A stretch of DNA of 64,000 nucleotides, from assembly GCA_002269645.1 (NCBI GenBank), contig NIVC01002353.1, forward strand, positions 62,001 through 126,000, read 5' to 3'. The position numbers were made by a program, and so were the translations under genes. This stretch comes from Macrostomum lignano. Its lineage: Eukaryota. Shown piece after piece: positions 20,024 through 32,958 of this stretch; within the stretch, counting starts at the first letter, position 1, and every line of letters starts with the position of its first letter. Under the pieces are notes generated by a model, which made no database searches, was not told where the DNA came from, and saw nothing but the letters and a program-made list of their open reading frames with translations.

Positions 20024-21283
20024 ATGGCCGATGAGAACGAGTACGAGACTGATTCTGTAATTGCCCGGACTGAGAACATTGCTCTGCAAGGCCACATGCC
20101 TCCTTCAGACTGTGACATCAGAAAACAGCCAGATAGTCTTGAGAATATTGGTGCACAGACTGAGGGGAAAACTGAGAGGCAGCAGGTAGACCCTATAATA
20201 GCTCCGGACTTGGAAAAGTGCAGCGACACCGTCGTAGTCACCAGGCAACACCTAGAGGCGATGAGGCGTTACTACATGGCAGTAAAGAGTGCCTACTTTA
20301 ATTACAGCACTCTTGATGCTGATTCGGCCCTAGTGTTACAAAAGTTGTTTGAACAGACTCTAGAAGTTCTCAGCACATCAAACAAACAGGGCTACAGTCC
20401 TATTGAGTCGGCACTATCACAGAAAAAGTGGACAGCAGCCACGCACCTGCTGGATTTGGCCGCTCGCAAGAATCCCAGGGCCCTGCAGCATCGCACAGCC
20501 ACTGGGGATGATGCCCTGATGCTGGCGGTGACTGGCGGGGGAGAGAACGTCGTGGAAAAACTCATCAACCTGGGTTGCGGCAGTTTTGCTTGCATGCACT
20601 ACAATGCGAGCGGTAGAAATGTACTACACATGTGCGCCCTCGGTTCCAGTGACACAATCCTTCATAAGATCCTTGCTTCGCTAAGCGATCTGCTGAAAAG
20701 TCAGCAGCTTGCGCCAAAATGCGTCACTGCGGCTCTGTGCACCAGCGACTGCGACGGTTGCACGCCGCTACATTACATGGCCCGCGAAAATCGAGTCAGC
20801 ATGCAGAAGGCTGTGCACCAGTTCGCCCAGCAAAACCTCCTGCGGTTCGATTGGGATGTCCGCCAAACCACTGGCGACCGCCTTGCGATGGCCGCCAGAG
20901 TAAATGCGGTGGACGCCTGCCGCTTTCTGCTGCAACAAGGCCTGGTCGGCATCGACCTGAATGATCACATTGACCTGTGGCTTCAGGTGACGCTCAGTGA
21001 CTCAGCCAGATCCTTGCTTGGCAGGCATTGCAAGCTGCTGGAACCAATTAATGACCTGCCACCAGAGAACCTTCAAAAACTGCAGGATGGACTGCAGCAG
21101 AAAGGACTTACAGACGAGTTCTTATTGCAATTGCGGACTCACTGGCCTGACCTGCCCCAGCTTCCAACCGTAAGCACCGTGTTGCTTGTGAGTCAGAACT
21201 ACTGCAGCTCTTGTCGTCTGGTGGCCTGGGACATACTGAAGAGCCTGGGCGCTGCTGATCTTGCCGAGTTATTGGAAGGGTAA
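20024..21283 (+). CDS. Single-exon ankyrin-repeat protein (419 aa) with a possible C-terminal death-fold domain
   Basis: ATG at 20024, downstream of ttttcag. About five ANK-like units (GYSPIESAL, GDDALMLAV, GRNVLHMCA, GCTPLHYMA, DRLAMAARVN). C-terminus WDILKSLGAADLAELLEG. Confidence 0.8.
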   Translation: MADENEYETDSVIARTENIALQGHMPPSDCDIRKQPDSLENIGAQTEGKTERQQVDPIIAPDLEKCSDTVVVTRQHLEAMRRYYMAVKSAYFNYSTLDADSALVLQKLFEQTLEVLSTSNKQGYSPIESALSQKKWTAATHLLDLAARKNPRALQHRTATGDDALMLAVTGGGENVVEKLINLGCGSFACMHYNASGRNVLHMCALGSSDTILHKILASLSDLLKSQQLAPKCVTAALCTSDCDGCTPLHYMARENRVSMQKAVHQFAQQNLLRFDWDVRQTTGDRLAMAARVNAVDACRFLLQQGLVGIDLNDHIDLWLQVTLSDSARSLLGRHCKLLEPINDLPPENLQKLQDGLQQKGLTDEFLLQLRTHWPDLPQLPTVSTVLLVSQNYCSSCRLVAWDILKSLGAADLAELLEG

Positions 21284-22208
21284 TTGGAGGGGGCCGTTTG
21301 GGTAATTTGATAATTGATTAAATTTATGATTGAACTAATTGATTGAATTGATAACTGAAGTGTTAAGTTTTACATGTATTTGTGTGTGAAACCCAAAAAT
21401 TTCAATTTAATCAAGATTCATTAAGATTTTTCCCTTCTATGGACAAAAATTCAAGCAGAATAATCTTTTTACTTAAAATTTTAACTTGCTTATCAATTTA
21501 CTCGTTTTATCTGGCGCATGCACCCGAGTGCGTGGCCATGTTCTCCAGCTCCAAAACGCCACAGGAATTTTTATTTTCTAATTGCGTGCAAGCTTCAGTA
21601 AAGTAATAAAACTTAGGATTGATTTCCAGTATAAAATTCACCAGTTAATACCAGTTAATTTATAGCAGTTAAAAATCAGTGCGACAATAGATTTCAGATT
21701 TTTTCGAACAGCCGACTTACGAATAGTAGATACGCTCGTATCTAGAGTCATTTAAGCCGCTTTTGCTGCTACTTACTTGCTTACTACTGACGGGGGCGCA
21801 GGCGCCCGCGAATAGGCCGCGAGGCCCCTATCACAACCCCAAAGCTTTTGCTGCTAGTTTTTCATGAACCTCTGGAAGCACTGGCATGAGTCCTAATCCC
21901 TTAAGTCCCATACTCAATCACTAGACTACATTTTGTAAAAAGACACAAAATGGCGCAAATTATTAATACATTGTATTTGGTGGGGCTGGATATTTTAAAT
22001 TATAATTTGCCCTCGCTTTCAGATGCACGTAAAAGCATCGTTTTTTGCAGGATGCACAAAGTTTTTTCGTTTGGTGAATAAAAATTGGTATTCAAAACAC
22101 ACAAACTTATAAAATGTGCATTTCGATGTGACGACCCCTTTATAGTGCGCTCGTACCGTTTAGCTCGTATCGGCCTTTGCCGTTTAACTGATGAGTCAAT
22201 GAGTTTAA

Positions 22209-22530
22209 TTACTGCAACACACTGAAAAAGTCCTTCAACGTAGAAGCAGAATAACGAGCGCCACTCTTTGTACGAATCTCCAGCGTTAAGGATATAGTTA
22301 AGGATATATACACTTAAGCATATAGTTGAGGTCAGATTTGCTCATGTCGGCGGGATCGGCAAGAATCATCAAAACAGGACCACCAGGTTTGGATTTTGCT
22401 CACTGCTCCTTCTTCTTGTCGTGCCAGGCTCGAAAGGCATTGACCATCCATTGACACTTCTTCTTTGTTCCCTCCGGGACAACGGATGTAATTATCTCTT
22501 CCAGTCTCTGCTCCTCAGCCACTTTAAGTA
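22209..22530 (-). pseudogene. Crypton/DUF3504-like tyrosine-recombinase remnant
   Basis: IITSVVPEGTKKKCQWMVNAFRAW * ...DMSKSDLNYMLK / LEIRTKSGARYSASTLKDFFSVLQ matches the N-terminal Crypton/DUF3504 pattern. It carries a stop and a small duplication (gttaaggatata). Confidence 0.6.
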
Positions 22531-22742
22531 GAGGAGTTGATAAATTATCTGTATAATGTAGTATTGAGATCACGTGACATCTCTGGCTCTTCATTTATCG
22601 ATCGTGCAGTTTTTCTAGTGTGGATAGAATATCGATCGTGTAGTTTTTCCAAGGTGACTAAAATATAAATAAACAACTGTGCGCACTTGGCAATATACTT
22701 TGCAGCTACAAATGGAAACCTCAAGTCTTGGTACACAACAAC

Positions 22743-23010
22743 TGGCGACGAGGATCGACGAAGATGGCTCTGAATGTTAGCCCACCTGCGCCATTTTTGC
22801 CAGCAAGCGGAACACCGGCGGTCCCATGGCGGTCAGATGGCTGGACGCATTCGACTTCTATTGTCAAGCAGCCAAATCTGGACACCCGACCAGCAGACGA
22901 AGAGCCCCGACAGATGAGGCCACGCGACTGGCGATGATGTGCAGGAACCATCTACTGCACCTTCTCGGCTTCGAGGGGCAGCGGATTGCAAGGGCCCGAA
23001 ATGCGATTGT
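22743..23010 (+). mobile_element. Gypsy remnant C: PBS plus gag N-terminus
   Basis: ACAACA-AC-TGGCGACGAGGAT (tRNA-Ser(GCT)-type PBS), ATG at 22764, then MALNVSPPAPFLPASGTPAVPW / WLDAFDFY..LLHLLGFEGQRI with a frameshift. Confidence 0.75.
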
Positions 23011-23368
23011 CGACGGTCATATATACCTTCTAGCAAACCTGCGATCAGCTGACGACGGTATTTGGTCTACTACTTTGAGACTACATGATCTACATGTTTG
23101 CACACATATCTATGATAGATTGATAATAGATGTTATGTACATGTACTCTTACACACTCGATAGAGGGTACATGTACCAATTAGGATCCAGGTGTGACGAT
23201 TTAGCCAAATCTAGAGCAGCGTAGCAGACCTCGGCACTCAAGAACGAACAGAACAGAATAATGCATGTAGTCTAAGAAAACGATATACGAGCTATTTCAC
23301 TGTAAGCTCAATTGCTGAGTTGACAAATTTTCTTTGAGTACCCACTTGAAAATTGCCTATAAGGGGCC

Positions 23369-23488
23369 CTTAGGGGCTACACTTAGTGGCCAGCTAGGGG
23401 CTACCTAGGGGGTTGTCACTAGATTCCTTAGGGGTACCCTAGGAAATATCCTACGTACCCTAGCTAGCCACTAAGTGTAGCCCCTAAG
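23369..23488. repeat. 31-bp inverted repeat (foldback or MITE-like)
   Basis: cttaggggctacacttagtggccagctaggg at 23369-23399 and its reverse complement at 23458-23488, with 1 mismatch. Confidence 0.85.
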
Positions 23489-24890
23489 TATACGCGTCTT
23501 TCTCTGGGGCCTTTGAGTTTGTGTTCTCACTTTCTTGAGATAGATGTCTAGCGGTCTAAGGTTCTTACAGCTCTTAGTCTCTCCTATCAGGCCGTCAGAG
23601 AAAACCGTATAAACTGACGGGATCTCCTAGTATCTAAGCTGAGTTTGATTCTGTCTAGTATTTGCTCTATGCAATAGTTAAGGCAAATAATCGATTTGAG
23701 ACTCGGGTTTCTGCCAACTGGATAATCCAGAAACTCCATTGTACTCTTCTGCCTCGCCCTTCACTGCGCCTGGGCTTTTCATAAATTTCTACCTATCTTC
23801 TAACTTAGGGTCGAAACTTTGGCCCTAAGTTTGGGTCAACTTTAAAAGATAAAACGTTATAGATGGTACAGCAATTTATGAATATTGGTTGAAAGTTCGT
23901 GGGTGCAAAATTAAAGATTGACTATTAATTTATCACTTGCCGACAGTAAAAGCCGATTATACAAAATATGATACATTTACGTATTAGTCTACTGACAGTA
24001 AAAACAATGACTTTCACAACTAAATAAGTTAACCCCGTCACACAAGAATGGCTAGAGCCCCATTAGTCTAACAATACAAGTATCATACGAGAGAGTATCA
24101 TTCGCAATTATTCTATAGATCTTTTATGCGGTTCTGAGCAAGTTTGTGCGCAAGAGCTCACTAGTTTTTGTGTGTCTCTAGCTATTCGGGTTCAAATGAT
24201 GCAACCACACGCACCTGTAATGCACATTTACATGCAAGCCCGGCCTAGCTTGCATGTGATGCATGTTACTTTGATGTCAACCAAAAAAGCAGTCTTTTGA
24301 AAAAGTTGAGCGTTCTAAAGAAGCAAAGCCATATATATTTTTATTGGTAGTTGCTGATAGATAATGACAACGTTTATAAGAAAAGAGAAAGCATCTTATT
24401 TATATATATTGTACAACTAACTAATTCTATATATACTTGATCAACAAAGTGGTTAAACTTCTCAGTTATTTTCTAAATTTCAAATTGTGCCTCACGCAGT
24501 CCAGTACTGTCAATATACGTGTACATGTACAAGTCAACATGGTTGAGCCTAACTGGTCTCCACTCTGTTCACAACACTATACAAACATGTGCTAATTCTA
24601 GTTAAAAACTGCACCAACTAACCTGTAAAGTTGATGAAATCTTAGCAGCAGAATTTGTATTTCAGTTTGTGTACACTTAAGCGTCTACCAGCGTTTATAG
24701 GACAATAAGAATGCGGCTCGATATTTCCAGCTCACTCCTACAAATACGAGTCATTCAGGCCGTCAGAAGCGAGGATGGCGCATTTTTTCCGACTTTCTCC
24801 CTAGTCCTCAATAAATTTTTGCCATGCTTGCCGACCGTGTAGGCTGTTTGGCAGTTATCCACAGCCTTTTTCCGTCGGCCACCGCCTCGA

Positions 24891-25841
24891 TCAGGAGGCC
24901 GACTTGGACACTGTCTCCGCGTTGTTCTCCACTGTAGCCTGCTTGGCTGTGACTGCGGCAGCATTCTTGGTTATGGGGACCGGGGCCTGCTGCCCAGCCA
25001 GTTTTGTTTCCATGGCAACCTCCTTTGCCACCGACATTACCGCCTGCTTGGCAGTCGCTGAGGCCGCTTGCTCTGCGACCTGCTTGGCACTTGAACTTGA
25101 ACTTTCTCTCAGGTCCTCAATGAATTTCTGGCCCTGCTTGCCGACCTCGTAGACTCGCCAGCAGCCTTCCACAACCTTTCTTCCATTGGCCACCGCCTCG
25201 ACCATGCAGGAGGCCGTCGACTTGGACACGGTCTCCGTGATCTTCACCGTAGCCTGTTTGGCCGTGAATACGGCAGCTTCCTTGGTGACCGCCTTGGTTA
25301 CCTGGACCGTGGCCTGCTGCCCGGCCGTCTGAGCACTCAGAGAAAGCACCTGAGAGGACGCATGAATGGCCACCTTTTGGCTGGCAGTCTTCATGACGGT
25401 CTTTGTGGTTCCAACGGCAGCCTCTTTAACAGACTGTTTTGTCACCATTTTCGTTGTCTCCTTGGTAGCCACCGTCACTGTTTGCTTGACAGTCGCGGAG
25501 GCCGTCTGCTGAGCGACCTGCTGGGCCCCGCCGCTCACCACCTGCTTGGTGACCTCGCTGGTCGTCTTGGCGACGGCCGTGCGACTCGCCTGCTTGGTGG
25601 TGGTCACGACTGTCTCCTTCACAGCGTCGCAGGCGCCCGACGCGACTCCGGCGGTGCACAGTTCGAAAATGCAGAAGGCGCCGTCCATCCCGGCTTGCAG
25701 ATAGTTTTCCTCGGCGAGGTTTCTACCCATGGATGCCGCGTTGAAGCTGGCGGACATCACGGCGGCCGCCACGGGACCGGCGACCACCCCCGTGCCGACG
25801 CAGAGCGCCAGCTTGGCCGCACTTTTCCAGCAGTCGCTCAT
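24891..25841 (-). CDS. Unrecognised family, copy 1 (316 aa): hydrophobic Gly/Ala hairpins followed by a Thr/Ala/Val/Lys/Gln-rich tail
   Basis: ATG-initiated ORF, paralogous to 32959..33972. The tail is internally duplicated and its second unit decays by small deletions near 24900. Confidence 0.7.
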   Translation of the reverse strand: MSDCWKSAAKLALCVGTGVVAGPVAAAVMSASFNAASMGRNLAEENYLQAGMDGAFCIFELCTAGVASGACDAVKETVVTTTKQASRTAVAKTTSEVTKQVVSGGAQQVAQQTASATVKQTVTVATKETTKMVTKQSVKEAAVGTTKTVMKTASQKVAIHASSQVLSLSAQTAGQQATVQVTKAVTKEAAVFTAKQATVKITETVSKSTASCMVEAVANGRKVVEGCWRVYEVGKQGQKFIEDLRESSSSSAKQVAEQAASATAKQAVMSVAKEVAMETKLAGQQAPVPITKNAAAVTAKQATVENNAETVSKSAS

Positions 25842-26199
25842 CGGACAGCGAATTTATTTTTGACGCAAGGCATTAAAGCTGTGTTCGCGTTTAACGAAAT
25901 ATCGAGTCTGTTTTTTATTAATCCCAAAGCCTTGAATCCGTTAATGGCACTTCTATCCGTCACAATGCTCTCGCGGTCTCTAAATACTTCGTTTGTGTAC
26001 AAGGCAAGAGCAAGGTGCATAAGCAGGTTCCTAACTAGGGGCGTAATTGCTTTAATTAGAAAAAAGTGCCTTATAAGTGTGCCAACGGCTTGTGCAAGAA
26101 TGCGCATAATGAGCACTTTGCGAAGTCTCATATCTATATTTGTGTCACGCCTCAGGACAGCATGAGCTCAAAACCAAGCAATCCCACTTTGACTTTGTG

Positions 26200-27735
26200 A
26201 ATTTTTTCTTCACAGTACAGTGACACAGGCACAGTGAAACAGGCACAGTGACATAGGCACAGTGACACAGGCACAGTGAAACAGGCACAGTGAAACAGGC
26301 ACAGTTAAACAGGCACAGTGACACAGGTACAGGAACACAGGCACAGTGACACAGGCACAGTGACACAGGCACAGGAACACGTACAGGCACAGTGACACAG
26401 GTACAGGAACACAGGCACAGTGACACAGGCACAGTGACAAAGGCACATGAACACAGGCACAGTGACAAAGGCACATGAACACAGGCACAGTGACACAGGC
26501 ACATGAACACAGGCACATGAACACAGGCACAGTGACAAAGGCACATGAACACAGGCACAGTGACACAGGCACATGAACACAGGCACAGTGACAAAGGCAC
26601 ATGAACACAGGCACAGTGACAAAGGCACATGAACACAGGCACAGTGACATAGGCACAGTGACACAGGCACAGTTACACAGGCACAGTCACACAGGTACAG
26701 GAACACAGGCACAGTGACATAGGTACAGTGACACAGGCACAGTTACACAGGCACATGAACACAGGCACAGTGACACAGGCACATGAACACAGGCACAGTG
26801 ACAAAGGCACATGAACACAGGCACAGTGACATAGGCACAGTGACACAGGCACAGTTACACAGGCACATGAACACAGGCACAGTGACAAAGGCACATGAAC
26901 ACAGGCACAGTGACAAAGGCACATGAACACAGGCACAGTGACATAGGCACAGTTACACAGGCACATGAACACAGGCACAGTGACACAGGCACAGTTACAC
27001 ATGCACAGTCACACAGGTACAGGAACACAGGCACAGTGACATAGGCACAGTGACACAGGCACAGTTACACAGGCACATGAACACAGGCACAGTGACATAG
27101 GCACAGTGACACAGGCACAGTTACACAGGCACATGAACACAGGCACAGTGACACAGGCACAGTCACACAGGTACAGGAACACAGGCACAGTGACATAGGC
27201 ACAGTGACACAGGCACAGTTACACAGGCACATGAACACAGGCACAGTGACACAGGCACAGTTACACAGGCACAGTCACACAGGTACAGGAACACAGGCAC
27301 AGTGACACAGGCACAGTGACACAGGCACATGAACACAGGCACAGTTACACAGGCACAGTTACACAGGCACAGTCACACAGGTACAGGAACACAGGCACAG
27401 TGACACAGGCACATGAACACAGGCACAGTTACACAGGCACAGTTACACAGGTACAGGAACACAGGCACAGTGACACAGGCACATGAACACAGGCACAGAG
27501 ACACAGGCACAGTTACACAGGCAGTCACACAGGTACAGGAACACAGGCACAGTGACACAGGCACATGAACACAGGCACAGTTACACAGGCACAGTTACAC
27601 AGGCCACGGTCACACAGGTACAGGAACACAGGCACAGTGACACAGGCACATGAACACAGGCACAGTTACACAGGCACAGTTACACAGGCACAGTCACACA
27701 GGCACAGTCACACAGGTACAGGAACACAGGCAGAG
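26200..27735. repeat. Complex 14-bp-based minisatellite (acacaggcacagtg / acacaggcacatga variants)
   Basis: Directly visible. The same motif recurs at ~29255, 29620-29750 and 31410. Confidence 0.97.
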
Positions 27736-28307
27736 ATACCTGTGTTTAATTGAGCATTTAAAATTATAAAAAAACAAAGTGGCATTTATTTATAGATAAA
27801 AATGACAAAAATCTTCTTATTTGCTATTGTTTGGCTGCAAATACTTTTAGTTTTCTGTTTTTTTAACTTTTAAGAAATCCAGGCATCATATTGTACTTCG
27901 TCGTTCCAGTAGTGTTTTGTCGAATGTTAAAGTCAATAAAGTTTAGGCTAGGCAGTGGTTCTTTAAGGTTTTTTGGTTCAACGCATCAAGCGGTGGGTGG
28001 GGAGGGTTGAAGAGAATCGGAGCACGTAGGATATAAGAGCGTATTCATATTGTGGGTGAAGGTCGCAGGACATTCTAAATTCTCGTATAACAAAGCGACT
28101 GCGTATGATTTAGAAAGTTACTGTATACAGCTACGGAAAGTTTGCGAAGGTCACTACACTGTCAATATACATGTACATGTACAAGTAAAAAATGGTTGCG
28201 CGTTACTGGTCTCCACACAGTTCACAGCACTGCAAACTTTAGGTTAACTTTCTTTGTTTTCTAAACTGAATCGGCGGCCGTTGATCACAAGGTAGCGGTC
28301 ACGGCAG

Positions 28308-28650
28308 TCATTCTTCACTGCGTCGCTGGTTGCCCAACGCGGCTCCCATGCTGCACAGGCCGACAACGCAGGTGGCACCGGCTATCCCGGCCTGCAGATA
28401 GTTTTCCTCGGCGAGGTTTTTACCCACGGTTGCCCCATTGAAGCCGGCGGTCACCAGGGCGCACGCAGCGGGACCGCCGATCAGGCCTGCGCCGGCGTAA
28501 ACTCCCTTGCGTGCTGCAGTCTTCACCTTCTTTTTGATCGTATTGCCTACCATATTACCTTACCCTATCACCTACCACATCACCTACCACATCACCTACC
28601 ACATCACCTACTTTATGAGTGTCGAAAACATTCGCAATTTAGTCGAACAT
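28308..28650 (-). pseudogene. Unrecognised family, copy 2 (truncated pseudogene)
   Basis: The ATG homologous to copy 3 (28650) is followed by TAA at codon 4. KTAARKGVYAGAGLIGGP..GKNLAEENYLQAG is retained and homology stops near 28330. Confidence 0.75.
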
Positions 28651-29286
28651 GATGTGGGACGAATGCTGCTCGAACTAGTAGCGTTTATAGGAAGGCAGCT
28701 TGCGGTTCGCTTGAATTCGGTAGACATGCGTCACTCACGGAAGGATTTTTCCTTCTTCAGTTTGTTCTGTTTTGTTCTGTTTCTCTCGACTGGAAGGAAA
28801 GACCAAAGCTGTTTAGATGCATATGCAGTCCCTCGTTAACAAGGGCAGGGCGCATAAACAGGTGCAGCAGCTTTTATTAGAAACTACCAGTAAGTACCTG
28901 ATTACCGTGCCAGTGGTTTATTTAGAAGTGAGCGCAAAACACCTCAAAACTGTGCTTTGAAAAGTGCATGCACAGCTCTTCCAGGCGAAGTTCCACATCT
29001 ATTTTTGCTTTGCGTCTCAACAGGCAAAGCAAGGCAATGCAAACCATTTCTAAGAAACTATAATGCTAGCCTTGTAAGCATCATGCGAAATGACGATTCT
29101 TACACAGTTGCAAAAATCACTAAGATTCTGGTTGTGGGTGATGCGGTTCTCTGTCCAATGCTAGTAAACATGCTCAAACGTATAAAGATGTTCGATTGCA
29201 GAGACTGCCACTGGATTAAAGCGCAGCAAGCGCGGGAGGAGGCAGACATATACACAGTGACACAGGCACAGGAACACAAGCGCAGA

Positions 29287-29606
29287 TAATAGTAATAAAT
29301 AATAGTAATTGATTACACCTGCCCCGATTGGGCAAGATGTGCAACCGACAGCTCAGCCGCACCTGTTGTGCAGCGCATCTGAAGGCTGCGTACGGCTGTT
29401 CAGTCCATGGACTGGGGGGTCGCTACACACAGCCTCAAAAACCCCAGCTAATGCTGGCACCCATTGTACGGCTGGGTGAACTGAAGCAATATAGAGTTAA
29501 GTAGTGTCTTTATCAAGGATACCAGTTGTTCCAGCGGGATCAGGAATCGAACCCCCAACCTTCAAACGCGAGTCCGATGCTCTAACCACTAGGTCACAAC
29601 CCTCGA
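29287..29606 (-). mobile_element. tRNA-derived SINE with a conserved-core-like body
   Basis: A-box TGACCTAGTGGTTAGAGC, B-box GGTTCGATTCC, then GTATCCTTGATAAAGACACT and CACCCAGCCGTACAATGGGTGCC core-like motifs, and a TTA-rich tail. Confidence 0.75.
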
Positions 29607-29751
29607 CACACACAAGCTGACACAGGCACAGAGACACAGGCACAGGCACAGGAACACAGGCACAGGTCCAGAAACACAGGCAAAGGAACACAGGCACAGG
29701 AACACAGGCACAGGAACACAGGCACAGGAACACAGGCACAGGAACACAGTC

Positions 29752-29754
<3 letters not shown>

Positions 29755-29785
<31 letters not shown>

Positions 29786-31409
29786 AATACGCGGCCCCGC
29801 AAGCAAAGTCAGTTAGAGCAGGGCGCGTCAGATGGCGCGCCGCAGAGCCTGGGAGCGAACGAAATCCGCTCCGTTGTTAGTGTCGGGCGCCCCAGCGTCG
29901 CACAGCAGGCAGTCCACGTATCGACGGGTTCGGGCCTGACCCCGCCTGAACGGGCCCTGCAAGGTAAGCAGCAGGACGTCCTGAACGGGTTGGGGGCAGT
30001 AGCCCTCGGCCCGGATCACGCGGCCCGCCAGTTGGAGTCGCCGTCGGCGCAGGATGATGAACGGGCGCTGCAGCTTGGCCCGATCGTACAGGGCCACGGT
30101 CCCGACGCTCTCGTCAGCTCGAAAGGCCGCACGGAGCAGCCCTGAGTGCGCCGAGTCCAGCTGCCGCTCCAGAGTAGCCGTCAGCGTCCGCGTCTCGGCG
30201 TTGTAGAGCAGGACGGTTCCGACCACCGCCTGCCACAGCCGAGCCCTCTGGCGGTCGGGCAGCGCTTCGGACTGGAGGACGGCTCGGATCGAACGAAAGG
30301 CCGCCCAGGCAAGTCCTCTGCGCCGCCGGAGGTCTTCCTCCACGTGGGGCACCAGACCGCCGAGGTAGGTGAACCGCTGGCAGCGTGCGAGCCTGGTCGT
30401 CTGCCCGTCTGCGCCGCGGCATGTCAGGTCTGCTGGGATGTCGGCCGGCACAGTCAGCACCTCGGTCTTTAGCGTGTTGACAACCAGACCGACGCTCGAT
30501 GCTACCACGACCAACCTGTCGATCTGGCGCTGGGCGCCTCCAACAGACGAGGACAGGAGGGCGAGGTCGTCGGTGTAGCCAAGCACGCTTAGGCGCTTTT
30601 CGCCGTGGCGGCGACCGATGCGTCTGCGCAGCAGGAAGCCGTCATTAGCCGAGGGGAGTGCGGTCCGAAGCACCCAGTCCAGCAGCAGCACGAAGAGAAA
30701 CGGCGCCAAGGTGTCTCCCTGCAGAACTCCTGATGAAGTGTCGAACAGGTCAGACAGGCCGTCCGCCGTCACCACAGCAGCTCGAGTATCGCAATACAGC
30801 GCCATGACAGCGTCGATTAGCTGCTGGGGCACCCGGTAGGCTCGAAGGACAAAGGGGAGAGCGGCTCTCAACACCGAGTCAAACGCCTTTCGAAAGTCAA
30901 CGAAGACAATGATCAGCGTAGACTGGCGGATGCGCGCCTCCTCGATGACACGGCGGAGTGCGAGGATCTGTGTCACTGTACCGCGTTGCGGCCGGAATCC
31001 CTTCTGCTCGTACCGCAGGTACGGGTCCAGCACCGACTGCAGACGATCGAGCAGCAGCCGATTGAAGAGCTTCGCGGTGCAGGACATCAGCGAGGTCCCG
31101 CGGTGGTCATTTTTCCGCGTTGTCCCTGCCTTCTTCGGGATTGGCACGATGTGCGCGAGGGTCCACTCGGTGGGCGCAGGAGCGCCGGCGAGCACGCGGT
31201 TCATGACGCCTGTGACCTGGGAGGCCACACAGCGGAGCCGCAGCGCTTCGACCAGGACTTCGTCGGGGCCGAGCGCCTTGCCGCCTGATGTTTTCGGAGC
31301 GAACAGCACAACGTCATCCGCAGTAACTGGTCTGGTGCAGAAGTCCTCCTCAGCTGGGAGCGGCGTGTCCAGTGGGAGCGCAAAGCTGGCGCCGCTGCCG
31401 CTTCTCCGC
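29755..31409 (-). mobile_element. 5'-truncated non-LTR retrotransposon (RTE-like) with an open RT frame, (TTG)n tail and 8-bp TSD
   Basis: RT motifs GFRPQRGTVTQILALRR, FVDFRKAFDSV, GVLQGDTLAPFLF, GYTDD, FTYLG; stop at 29828; tail at 29755-29785; TSD CAGTCACA at 29747-29754 and 31410-31417. Confidence 0.92.
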
Positions 31410-31419
31410 CAGTCACAGG

Positions 31420-31590
<171 letters not shown>

Positions 31591-31805
31591 CCTTGAAACT
31601 CTTCGAAAGCATTCACCCCCATTGGCGGGAGGTAGGGAGGCATGGAACCTCAGTGAGAAATGGTTTCCTCAAAGATTTTATCCGAGCGCAATAGAAATGC
31701 CAGCCAGCCATTTGCTGAGACATCGCTGCCACCGTAGTGCTTTTCTGGGAGTTAATGGAGAAATGAATGTGACCGTTTTATTAGATCAGCAAAAGGGCCT
31801 GTCAA

Positions 31806-32032
31806 CTTAAGCTCATAAGTGGGGCCCGAGTAACCTATGTACACAAAAGATATGTCACTCGGCTCACAGTGACACCAGGAAGCTGGATTTGGCAAAAAGT
31901 TACAAAAATTGGACTTGGGATAGGAGAGAACAAGCAAAGACAATTAGGGACTCCACCTTATGAGCATAAGTTTACATAATGGTCCCTAATTGTCCACTTG
32001 CTTGTTCTCTCCTATCCCAGGTCCAATTTTTG
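31806..32032. repeat. Nested inverted repeats (foldback element)
   Basis: A ~49-bp stem pairs 31903-31951 with 31982-32032. A second inverted pair links ~31806-31823 with ~31953-31970. Confidence 0.8.
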
Positions 32033-32958
32033 TGCACATGTACGAGATGGATAAAACATTTCAGAGTTTTGGCAGAGCGGGTTTATGACATTGGCGGCCA
32101 CCCGTACGGGTATAAACAAACTCAGCGATTCTGCGGCTGTTTACTAGTAATCCGCATTCAGTCCGTTGGTTTTCGCGTAGATTAAATAAAACTGGTGTTT
32201 ACATATAGATGTAAGCATTGTACATATTTTAAAATGGATGTTATTTACGCCCTTATTCTGCTTAGGCAGTATTTGCATATCATGTAGATATGTAAGCCTT
32301 GCTTAAAAAATGTGCACAAATTATGCTTTTTGCTATTAACATATTCTCTCTATTTGTGAATATACGAGTACTCGTGATTATTGTAACACAGGAAACACAG
32401 CTTTTTAAGAAATTTTTTAGCTATAATAACTACCAAACAAAAGTGATTCTTAAACAATTAACAATTGGTATGGGTAGGTGACGTAATGGCGGTCGTAAAA
32501 ATGAATGATTTTCACTCGGAGATCCTCCGCACAAAGATTTTCAATAGCCTAGAAGACCAGGTATTTGAAGTAAATATGGAGAGTGTACCGGTACATAATC
32601 ATATTAGTACGAGCAGACATTGAGAATATACATCTCTAGAGTGTTATGGACAAGCAAGCAATCAAGAAAGCATACAAACCTTAGTATATTGTCATGATTA
32701 GCGATTAACTATCTGTAGATTGCAGTCTCTAGAGCCTTTCAGACGGGCAGACTGAAATACCGGTCAGACAGATCTTAGAGATTTAAGTATATTGTGATTA
32801 AGATTTAGTATATTTAGATTACATGCAAACAAACCGACAGATTAGAGCTCCTCGTAGTAAAGGTAGATTACGAGCTACTGACTTTTGCAAGTAGTAGTAT
32901 AATAAGGTTTCTTGCGTCAAGAATCAGAAATCGGCCATTAAATACGAGTCCGTACGTG

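Noticed and set aside
26145-27753. Cys-rich metallothionein- or keratin-associated-like ORFs
   Set aside because: Artefacts of the 14-bp satellite; they are open in multiple frames with no unique termini.
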